From positions 18,840-82,839 of the forward strand of contig CANRGE010000001.1 of NCBI GenBank assembly GCA_947630065.1: 64,000 nucleotides of DNA, given 5' to 3'. Made by a program: the position numbers and the translations under genes. This DNA comes from an uncultured Clostridia bacterium. Lineage in GTDB: Bacteria > Bacillota > Clostridia > TANB77 > CAG-508. Positions 30,134 to 36,968 of the stretch are shown here, piece after piece (position 1 is the stretch's first letter; the number at the start of each line of letters is the position of its first letter). The notes under the pieces are model-generated. The model worked only from the letters and a program-made list of their open reading frames with translations, made no database searches and was not told the DNA's origin.

Positions 30134-30817
30134 TTACATTAGCCGAGATTTAGCAATATCATAATAATTACTATCTATCTCAATGCCAATGAATTTTCTA
30201 TTAGTGTTTTTACAAGCGATTCCTGTCGTCCCGATTCCCATAAATGGGTCAAGAACTATTTCATTTTCTTTAGAAGAATTTTCAACAAATATTTGCATAA
30301 GTTCTACTGGCTTTTCTGTATTATGCAAATTTTTACCATCTTTACCTTTTGTTTTTACATTCTTAACTGATAATATATCACTCGTTCCACAATTATTTAT
30401 GCGGACTCCTTTACCTTTACGAAAAAACAAAATATATTCAAATGCTGACATATAATATTGCCCCATCACTTTATTACCCTTATCCCAAATCAAAGATTTA
30501 ATAAAATGAAAGCCGTTTTGCTCAAAAGTATTGAGCATATGAATAAGATTTTTATGATTAGTCATTATATAGCAATGACCACCATCTTTAAGAACTCTGT
30601 AAAATTCTGGGGCATATTCTTTACAATCTGTACTGTTATATGCAAAAACATTGCCATCATTAAAAATTCTTTCTTGCAACATACCACCAGTATTACCCGC
30701 ATTTCCTCTTGTAGTAACCTTATATGGTGGGTCAGTAATTAACAAATCAATACTATTATCTTGTATTTCTGAAAAATAATCCATACAATTAGCACATATT
30801 AGTTGCATTTTCTCCAT
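30134..30817 (-). CDS. DNA methyltransferase (N4/N6 family)
   Basis: DLLITDPPYKV, NTEKPVELM and LDPFMGIGTTGIA motifs. No TAG. Confidence 0.85.
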   Translation of the reverse strand: MEKMQLICANCMDYFSEIQDNSIDLLITDPPYKVTTRGNAGNTGGMLQERIFNDGNVFAYNSTDCKEYAPEFYRVLKDGGHCYIMTNHKNLIHMLNTFEQNGFHFIKSLIWDKGNKVMGQYYMSAFEYILFFRKGKGVRINNCGTSDILSVKNVKTKGKDGKNLHNTEKPVELMQIFVENSSKENEIVLDPFMGIGTTGIACKNTNRKFIGIEIDSNYYDIAKSRLM

Positions 30818-30829
30818 ACTTTTTCTCCT

Positions 30830-31789
30830 TTAAGCTACTTTTAAAGCTTTACTTTCTAACAAAATTCTCTTTTCAATAGATTTTGCTGGTAACTCTTTAG
30901 CAAATTCTGTAACTGCATTTATAAAAGCCCATTTACTTGGTGTACCATATTCTTTTGTGTAAGTATTGAAAATAGTAATAACTTTTTCAGCTTCTTTATT
31001 ATTAAGCTGCAACTCTTTAGCAACATATGTCTTTTTAAAATCATCTTGTAATTCTTGAATTGTTGCCGTTTCAGCTGTTGTTTGTGAAACTATTTTTTGA
31101 ATTTCTCCTTTTTTTTCTGAAAGAAATTCCACACTTTCACTAAACTCTGCGGCAATATCTTTTCTACCTCTATGAACAGCTCTGCAAAGTATAAAATCGT
31201 TAATAGGAATTATCATACCATTTTCGCAAACTTGTCTATATACTCCAACTCTAATCTTAAAAGCACTCTTTCCAACCATTGAGTTGTCTATGTAATAAAG
31301 CATATACAAGTTGCTATCATCATTATCTACTGTAAAAGGATTATCAAGGTCAATTGCACGAAGATGTAATCTTTCTGGCGTAGTAAGAGCATATTGAAAA
31401 CGATATTTTGCAAGAGGACTATCATTGATAATATTCATTACTTCATTATCATCAAAATAAGAATATTTATCAGTTACTATTCCATAAATTTTATCATAAA
31501 ATTCTCTGGCATAAAGTTCTCGTTTGTTTTTATCACAGAAGTTTGTCACTCTATCACGTATAATCTTATTTGCAAGTGATGAATTAGTAGTACTAATTTC
31601 TGTGATAAAATTAGCAGGAAAACCAACTGCTTTTCCAAGACTTTTTAATCCATATTCAGAGTAGTTACTTATATTACATATTTTGTCAAAATTAGATGCT
31701 TCAATATGAAAAGTATTCTCTGTATCTGTTATGCTTTTTATAGACTGTCTTACATCATTAAAGCTCATTGTTCTTGATTTAATATTCAT
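30830..31789 (-). CDS. DUF932-like protein
   Basis: 319-aa intact ORF. VGVYRQVCENGMIIP matches the R.vC.NGm signature I associate with DUF932. Confidence 0.5.
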   Translation of the reverse strand: MNIKSRTMSFNDVRQSIKSITDTENTFHIEASNFDKICNISNYSEYGLKSLGKAVGFPANFITEISTTNSSLANKIIRDRVTNFCDKNKRELYAREFYDKIYGIVTDKYSYFDDNEVMNIINDSPLAKYRFQYALTTPERLHLRAIDLDNPFTVDNDDSNLYMLYYIDNSMVGKSAFKIRVGVYRQVCENGMIIPINDFILCRAVHRGRKDIAAEFSESVEFLSEKKGEIQKIVSQTTAETATIQELQDDFKKTYVAKELQLNNKEAEKVITIFNTYTKEYGTPSKWAFINAVTEFAKELPAKSIEKRILLESKALKVA

Positions 31790-31828
31790 ATCAATTCTCC
31801 TTTTTAGACAACTAATAATATTTGCGAA

Positions 31829-31917
31829 CGGTGTGGGTGAGATTTGAACTCATACATCAATAGCTGATTACTGACGGTTTAGCAAACCGCTGCCTTACCA
31901 ATTAGGCTTACCACACC
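31829..31917 (-). tRNA. tRNA-Ser (anticodon GCU), class II
   Basis: Acceptor GGTGTGG/CCACACC, anticodon arm GCGGT-TTGCTAA-ACCGT, long variable arm with ATCA/TGAT stem, T loop TTCAAAT. Confidence 0.8.
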
Positions 31918-31931
31918 TTGTAAAATGATAA

Positions 31932-32031
31932 TGTGGTATGCAAGTCCTGCCCTTGCTGGTCGTTACCTATCGAATAAACGACCTATTTTCGATAGGTTGA
32001 ATATGCGTCATCTCGCCGCATTGATACCACA
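31932..32031 (-). ncRNA. structured RNA candidate X1 (closing stem, two hairpins, H-type pseudoknot)
   Basis: Minus strand: TGTGGTAT...ATACCACA (8 bp), ATGCG/CGCAT hairpin, CCTATCGAA/TTCGATAGG (9 bp) whose loop GGTCGTT pairs with downstream AACGACC (7 bp), and GCAAG-GGCAGGA-CTTGC next to the 3' closing strand. GC-rich island in AT-rich DNA. Confidence 0.45.
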
Positions 32032-32082
32032 TATAATAAACTATTTTACTTTATAACTATTGATTATATGATTTTTATTTAG

Positions 32083-32242
32083 TGGAGCGCACGAGCCTCG
32101 AACTCGCAACCTCTGTCAGCTAACAGCGTGCCTATCCGCGACAATCTACATACTTATGAAACGCTACTTTCAAAGTTTCGCCAAGCTGCTCCCCTGCATT
32201 ACAGTGAGTCTTATACTTGTTTTGTCTATACACCCGCGCCCC
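32083..32242 (-). ncRNA. tRNA-Ala-like / tmRNA-like element X3 (G3-U70 acceptor, T arm, about 107-nt insert, 4-nt loop in place of anticodon loop)
   Basis: 5' GGGGCGC pairs with 3' GCGCTCC-A, including a G3-T70 wobble. T arm GCGAG-TTCGAGG-CTCGT, D-like GCG-GATAGGCA-CGC, stem CTGTT-AGCT-GACAG. About 107 nt separate the 5' acceptor strand from the D arm. Confidence 0.45.
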
Positions 32243-32245
32243 AAA

Positions 32246-32314
32246 TGGTACTGATAGTAGGACTTGAACCTACACATTTGATATAATCATTGTTCTTCAT
32301 TAAACTATATCAGC
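32246..32314 (-). ncRNA. tRNA-like element X2 with encoded CCA and a 3-nt loop in place of the anticodon loop
   Basis: GCTGATA TA GTTT-AATGAA-GAAC A (A)TGAT-TAT-ATCA(A) ATGT GTAGG-TTCAAGT-CCTAC TATCAGT A CCA. Standard cloverleaf spacing except the anticodon loop is 4 nt short. Ends 3 nt before X3. Confidence 0.45.
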
Positions 32315-32467
32315 ACATGAATAAGCTGATTTACCTCACAGCCATTGGTCGTGTTAATTTTATTCATGCGTGAGAACACAAACTCACTACTCTTAACGCC
32401 GAGTCCACGCCTACTCATATTTCTTTTATATCCATATTATTGATATAAATTACTCTATTTTCAGTTT

Positions 32468-32544
32468 TGGTACGCCTTAATGGATTTGAACCATCAACTT
32501 ACCGCTTAGAAGGCGATTACTCTATCCTATTGAGTTAAAGGCGT
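32468..32544 (-). tRNA. tRNA-Arg (anticodon UCU), CCA encoded
   Basis: ACGCCTT TA ACTC-AATAGGATA-GAGT A ATCGC-CTTCTAA-GCGGT AAGTT GATGG-TTCAAAT-CCATT AAGGCGT A CCA. Confidence 0.85.
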
Positions 32545-32547
32545 ATA

Positions 32548-32620
32548 AGCTGAATGACGGACTTGAACCGTCAACCTGTTGATTACAAATCAACTGCACC
32601 ACCAATTGTGCTAATTCAGC
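32548..32620 (-). tRNA. tRNA-Thr (anticodon UGU)
   Basis: GCTGAAT TA GCAC-AATTGGTG-GTGC A GTTGA-TTTGTAA-TCAAC AGGTT GACGG-TTCAAGT-CCGTC ATTCAGC T. Confidence 0.85.
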
Positions 32621-32792
32621 ATAGAATATTTTTAAATATTCCTCTTGTGTACAATTACGACAAGCTTCTTTTTTCGCTTTCTTTTTTTTGTTTTCAATTA
32701 CTTTGTGTCGCGGCAAATCTTGTAGAAGTTTTCTTTTAGTACCAAAATAAAATTGTTTTTTAGTCATTTTCTTTTTCATTGTTACTACCTCT

Positions 32793-33128
32793 TTATTTTT
32801 TATATATGGAGTAATTACAATTTTCGTTATCGTTATCGTTATCGTTTAAGAGAAATATTTCTCTTATACCACTCTCCGTATCATATTTACAAATAGCTCT
32901 ATATTTTGAACCAGTATTTAATAATGTTAAAATGGATTCAAGTCTGCCTCCCCATTCAAATAAGCTATTTGTATAACTTTCTTTTGCTTCAACACATTCT
33001 GTTTCTGATATATAGTTATTATCACAATTTTTCTATGTTTCTTTTATACACATTACAAAACGGTTTATTTGTGTACAAATACGTCTTAATTCTTTTTCAA
33101 TAATCTCAAATTTTATTTCCACATTCAT
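32793..33128 (-). CDS. hypothetical protein (111 aa, 1 in-frame TAG) with (Asn-Asp)3 repeat
   Basis: MNVEIKFEIIEKELRRICTQ...KET(TAG)KNCDNNY...FLLNDNDNDNENCNYSIYKK. The cgttat x3.5 repeat at 32825-32846 encodes NDNDND. Confidence 0.5.
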
Positions 33129-33149
33129 AACCTTCCTCTTTTTATTAAG

Positions 33150-33460
33150 TGCAGGAAAAGGGACTTGAACCCTCACGACCGAAGTCAATGGATTTTCGTA
33201 CCACTCTATGTCACCATAGCCATTTTACAATGTTGTGGTCTGGAGTACGTCTTTACCATATCTTATGACTTAGGTAGTTGGTGTATACTCTCTACACACG
33301 GTTAAAAACCTTGCACGGCGTTCTCTATTCGCCTTCGCCGTTTTAGCCAACTTCTACTCTTAGCGTTTCCGCTAAGGCACTCTCTATTTTTTAAATAGTA
33401 TTACTTAAAGTAACAGAATAGATTAAAGTCCATTGCGTCTGCCTATTCCGCCATTCCTGC
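33150..33460 (-). tRNA. tRNA-Leu (anticodon UAA) interrupted by a group I intron in the anticodon loop
   Basis: 5' exon 33460-33426: GCAGGAA TG GCGGAATAGGCAGACGC A ATGGA CTT. 3' exon 33196-33150: AAAA TCCAT TGACTTCGGTCGT GAGGG-TTCAAGT-CCCTT TTCCTGC A. Joined loop is CTTAAAA. The mature class II tRNA is 82 nt. Confidence 0.85.
33197..33425 (-). mobile_element. group I intron (229 nt) between U34 and A35 of tRNA-Leu(UAA)
   Basis: Follows a U and ends in G (…GAGTGGTACG). Same insertion point as the classical cyanobacterial and plastid tRNA-Leu intron. GC-rich paired segments such as GCCTTAGCG-GAAA-CGCTAAG and GGCG..CGCC. Confidence 0.8.
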
Positions 33461-33475
33461 ATTTTCTATAATAAT

Positions 33476-33504
33476 ATTATATCATAGATTTTTTAGAAAA
33501 TCAA
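33476..33504 (-). promoter_or_regulatory. sigma70-type promoter, family copy 12 (tRNA-Leu UAA)
   Basis: Minus strand: TTGATT, 17 nt, TGaTATAAT. The predicted start is about 10 nt upstream of the tRNA 5' end. Confidence 0.6.
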
Positions 33505-33526
33505 ATATTTATTTTTAATTTTCTAA

Positions 33527-33596
33527 TTTTCTTGGTGGGAGTCGAACCCACATTACCTACTTTATGTAGGTATCCTTCCATTTAGACCACAAGAAA
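33527..33596 (-). ncRNA. unusual 70-nt tRNA-like gene (anticodon loop CAUAAAG)
   Basis: Perfect acceptor TTTCTTG/CAAGAAA, T arm GTGGG-TTCGACT-CCCAC, anticodon stem ACCTA/TAGGT. The loop has A at position 33 and would present UAA on a class I body with a 3-nt variable loop. Confidence 0.45.
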
Positions 33597-33600
33597 ACCA

Positions 33601-33780
33601 AACTTTTAACTTCAATAGATAAGGTGTTTTAACCGACTTGTGTAGCTACATAGCCTTTTAACTTTGGCTAATAATAGGATAAGGTAGCTTAACCGACCAG
33701 ATTTCGCCGCATAACTAAGGGCTATTATTTATCTTTTTAACTTTTAAGGGTAAGGTGTTTTCACCGACCTTTTTGTTTTT
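33601..33780 (-). repeat. three imperfect ~35-nt direct repeats phased exactly 60 bp apart
   Basis: Plus-strand cores ataaggtgttttaaccgac (33622-33647), ataaggtagcttaaccgac (33682-33707) and gtaaggtgttttcaccgac (33749-33767), each preceded by cttttaactt. Each core can form a GGT(N6)ACC mini-hairpin. Lies between a family promoter and the tRNA-like gene. Confidence 0.5.
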
Positions 33781-33788
33781 CTATATAT

Positions 33789-33817
33789 ATTATATCATAG
33801 ATTTCTTAGAAAATCAA
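33789..33817 (-). promoter_or_regulatory. sigma70-type promoter, family copy 13
   Basis: Minus strand: TTGATT, 17 nt, TGaTATAAT. Would transcribe the repeat region at 33780-33601. Confidence 0.6.
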
Positions 33818-33822
33818 ATATT

Positions 33823-34092
33823 TTATTTTTCTGTGAAAATGTAAACATATTTTCCGTCTTTTCTAATATATATTACATTAAAAATGAAATTTTCAGGTTC
33901 TTTGTCAACAAATTCTATTTGCCTTTTCTTTTTATTATGAAAATCTTCCTCTAAACTTTTTCTAAACATTACTTTACTGGCTCTTATGCGTTGTGCATCA
34001 ACAACTTTTAATTTTTCTTCTTCATTTTTCTGTAAATACGTAATTTTTAAAATAAAATGTGCTTTTAAGAAACTTAAATCCATTCTTTTCAC
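33823..34092 (-). CDS. hypothetical protein
   Basis: Intact 89-aa ORF with GAGGTG RBS. Confidence 0.5.
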   Translation of the reverse strand: MKRMDLSFLKAHFILKITYLQKNEEEKLKVVDAQRIRASKVMFRKSLEEDFHNKKKRQIEFVDKEPENFIFNVIYIRKDGKYVYIFTEK

Positions 34093-34106
34093 CTCTCTAT
34101 AATTAT

Positions 34107-34135
34107 ATTATATCATAAAAAAGAGAGAGAATCAA
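34107..34135 (-). promoter_or_regulatory. sigma70-type promoter, family copy 14
   Basis: Minus strand: TTGATT, 17 nt, TGaTATAAT. Confidence 0.6.
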
Positions 34136-34139
34136 ATAT

Positions 34140-34550
34140 TTATTCTTCACCTTTTACAAAATAAACTATATCTTCTGTTTTTTCATTTTCGGGCAAAGCC
34201 TGATAATCTGTATTAGATATTTCTTTATGTGTTATTTTATCTTCTTTATTTTCTAAAACAGTAATTCTGGCTTCATAAGACTCAAAAGTCTTTTTATTCT
34301 ATTTATTCTATTCAGTAATTTTATCATCTAAAGTAGTTTGCTGTCCTGTTAAATCTTGTATCTAACCATCTAATTGTTCTATCTAATCCCTTATTTCCTA
34401 AAATAATTCAGGATTTTCTTTTAATAATTCTTTTACATATTCTTTTATTTGTTCTTCATCTATAGAATTACCTTTTATTGGACGGCGTGCAAAATAAGCT
34501 GGGTCAAGAGTGTCGTCTTTGGTAAAAAATTGTTCCTAAAATAAAATCAC
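34140..34550 (-). CDS. coiled-coil protein with DDTLDPAYF motif (136 aa, 6 in-frame TAG); paralog of 62596-62880
   Basis: GTG start after AGGGAGG. ILF(TAG)E(TAG)FFTKDDTLDPAYFARRPIKG..., then a heptad-like region. Confidence 0.5.
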
Positions 34551-34627
34551 AACTAAAACCTCCCTTTTTAAGTATTGGGACGCGAAATCCTAATTATAAA
34601 GTGAGATTCTTTGTAAAATTATCTAAA

Positions 34628-35089
34628 TTACATCTTTTTAATATGAAATAATAAAATTATCAAATTATCATCGTCTGCCTTATAAGCTACATATCCATGC
34701 ACTCTGAATAATGGAGTTGGGAAAAATTTGCAATAAAAATGTTCTGTTTCGGTAGAAAAACTTTCAATTTCTGCCGCGACATCATCTAAATGATTTTTAT
34801 CAATATCAATACAAGATAAAAATTCTAATATTTTATCAAAAACATCAAAAGGCTCTTCTAATAAACAAAGCCTCCCCTCAATTAAAATAGGAACATTTGA
34901 TGAAATTAAACGATTTTTACAAATAACTTTTTTCTTTATTAAATCTTTATAAACTTCTCCACATACAATTTCTCTGGCAGGACGAACTAATTCCAAATAC
35001 CTAACCTATTTATTACAAAAAAAGTTATGAAGTGGTTCAAAAATTTCTATTTTTATATTATCATCTTTATAGATAGTATGTAAATCCAT
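34628..35089 (-). CDS. hypothetical protein (153 aa, 1 in-frame TAG)
   Basis: The ATG at 35089 overlaps the helicase TAA. MDLHTIYKDDNIKIEIFEPLHNFFCNK(TAG)VRYLELVRPAREIV... joins track ORF 34628-34996. Confidence 0.5.
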
Positions 35090-36186
35090 TAAAATTTTAC
35101 CACTCCTTGTTTTGCTTTTTTGAATCTTCCATTCTTTTTAGAAGCTCCATTTGTTTTCTTAAAAGCAGGACACCAATAAAGATTTTGTTCTGCTCTTGTC
35201 GCCGCTACATAAGAGATTTTTCTTTCTTCTGAATTATAAACTAACGCACCAACCACAATCACATTTGGGGCTTCCAGTCCTTTTGCCGCATGAATTGTCA
35301 TTACTTTTACAACATTTTTTGACATTAAAGCCTTCATTTGGTTTAGACTTAAATTCCCTCTTTTAAAAGTAATATAAGGTACTTTTCTCTTGCTCAATAC
35401 TTGCATTATTGAATATACTTCTTTATTAGTTCTTGCTATTATAAACCAATCTTTCCAATTACCAGATTCTTCTAATTCCTCCAAAGCTTCATTAAAACTG
35501 CAATGGCAAATAAAGCCATTTTTGGTTTTCATAGGAATTGATTGAGGACTTAAATTTTCTCTCTCATTAAGAAAAGAATCTGCAAATTCAATTATTTCTG
35601 GTGTATTACGATAATTTTCATTTAAAAAATACTTTTTATAAGTTTTGTCATAATACATAGTATACAAATATTTATCCGAACTACCTTTAAATCCATAAAT
35701 AGTTTGTCTTTCATCACCTGTCCAATATTCATTATCTTTAATGAGATAAGATAAAAACTTAAATTCAAGCTCACCCAAATCTTGACATTCATCAACAAAA
35801 AGATAACCTATTTTTCCTAAACGACTACGAGGAATTAACAATGCTTTTTTAATAATTCTGTCATATTGTTCTTTAACTATTAAATCACTGGTGTCAATTC
35901 CATTTAAAATACAAATTTTATTAGCATAAGAATGAAGTGTACCTATAAAAACTTCTTCACCGACTTCGCCCAATCGTGAATACATTTCCTGACTTGCTTG
36001 ATTAGTAAAGGTTATAGCTACTATGTCTTTTGGAGCAACTTGTTTTTCTGTTATTATATATCTTATTCGTTCTGTTAACGTTCTTGTTTTCCCACTGGCG
36101 GCGGAAGCTAAACATAATATTTTTGGTTCATCAGCCTATATTACTTTCTTTTGTTTGAGATTTAATTTAAATTCATTATCTTCCAT
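35089..36186 (-). CDS. UvrD/Rep-like SF1 helicase (short form, 365 aa, 1 in-frame TAG)
   Basis: MEDNEFKLNLKQKKVI(TAG)ADEPKILCLASAASGKTRT (Walker A), FVDECQD, GDERQTIYGFKG, NYRNT, TIHAAKGLEA and YVAATRA motifs. Confidence 0.8.
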
Positions 36187-36218
36187 TTTTAAATCCTCCT
36201 ATTTTTTTATCTATTATT

Positions 36219-36247
36219 ATTATAACAAAAAAAAGAGAGAAAATCAA
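36219..36247 (-). promoter_or_regulatory. sigma70-type promoter, family copy 15
   Basis: Minus strand: TTGATT, 17 nt, TATAAT. The -35 lies within the palindrome gagagaaaatcaa/ttgattttctctc. Confidence 0.55.
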
Positions 36248-36262
36248 TATTTTGATTTTCTC

Positions 36263-36610
36263 TCATAAACTTTTTAATAAGCTTTGCAATCCTGCATCAT
36301 TTTCTTCATCATATTCATCATTGATATAAATAACTATATCAAGCTAATCTAAAGATTCTTTATTATTTACATAAGTATCATTATGCATAGCATAATGGTC
36401 TCTTTTCTTTTCAGGTAAATGTAAATACAATTGAACAGTGTTAGATACTACTTTATCATTTTTATTTAATTCAATCTTAAAACCATGAAAAATATGTTCA
36501 TCTTTTTGAACTTTATTATTAACTGCCTCTATAACACTCTGATATTCTTCTAAAGAAAACTAAGTAACTTTATCTTTTGCTCCTAATTTAACCTAATGGA
36601 CGATTGCCAT
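36263..36610 (-). CDS. hypothetical protein (115 aa, 3 in-frame TAG)
   Basis: MAIVH(TAG)VKLGAKDKVT(TAG)FSLEEYQSV...ESLD(TAG)LDIVIYINDEYDEENDAGLQSLLKSL then TGA. Confidence 0.45.
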
Positions 36611-36938
36611 TTTCTTTATCCACCTAATTTTTATCATAGTTATAAGTTAAATACCGATTAAAAATTTCTTTTAATGAATCAAATCCTTTCATTGACACAT
36701 AAGCAGATATAAAGCCCATTAGTATTGCTATTAATATAGCTTCTAATACAATTCCATAACAAGCAATACTAATTCCTAAACTAAAGAGTAATGAAACAAT
36801 TAGTGTTAAAATTTGAGTCGGGAATTTTTTAGAAACACATTGTTTTAATACCTCAACAACTACAGTTGTAATAGCAGCAATAAAACCTAAATCCGTTAAT
36901 GTAAAACCGCTGCCTAATCCTAATAGTTTTTCAATCAT
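36588..36938 (-). CDS. holin-like membrane protein
   Basis: Three hydrophobic segments (GFIAAITTVVVEVL, ILTLIVSLLFSLGISIACYGIVL, AILIAILMGFISAYV). Directly downstream of the endolysin. The TAG at 36624 is followed by 11 more codons to TAA 36588. Confidence 0.6.
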
Positions 36939-36968
36939 TTTATATCACCTCAATTTTATATAAAGGTG

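Noticed and set aside
32083-32242. Calling X3 a bona fide tmRNA (ssrA).
   Set aside because: It has the Ala-type acceptor and T arm. At about 160 nt it has no room for the usual pseudoknots, and no reading frame ends in a hydrophobic degradation tag (candidates end ...ESSVS or run into TAG). I kept it as an unclassified tRNA-like RNA.
32522-32779. Track ORF MKKKMTKKQ... (85 aa).
   Set aside because: Its 3' two-fifths is read through tRNA-Thr and tRNA-Arg and it ends on a TAG. At most the basic first ~50 codons (32625-32779) could be a real peptide, which I cannot support.
32825-32846. cgttat x3.5 microsatellite as a regulatory or contingency repeat.
   Set aside because: It sits in frame inside gene 32793-33128 and simply encodes Asn-Asp repeats. 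With a 6-nt unit, copy-number change would not shift the frame.
33601-33780. CRISPR array.
   Set aside because: There are only three imperfect repeats. Repeat length varies (one has an 8-nt insertion), the intervening segments are 17 and 35 nt, and there are no cas genes in the window.
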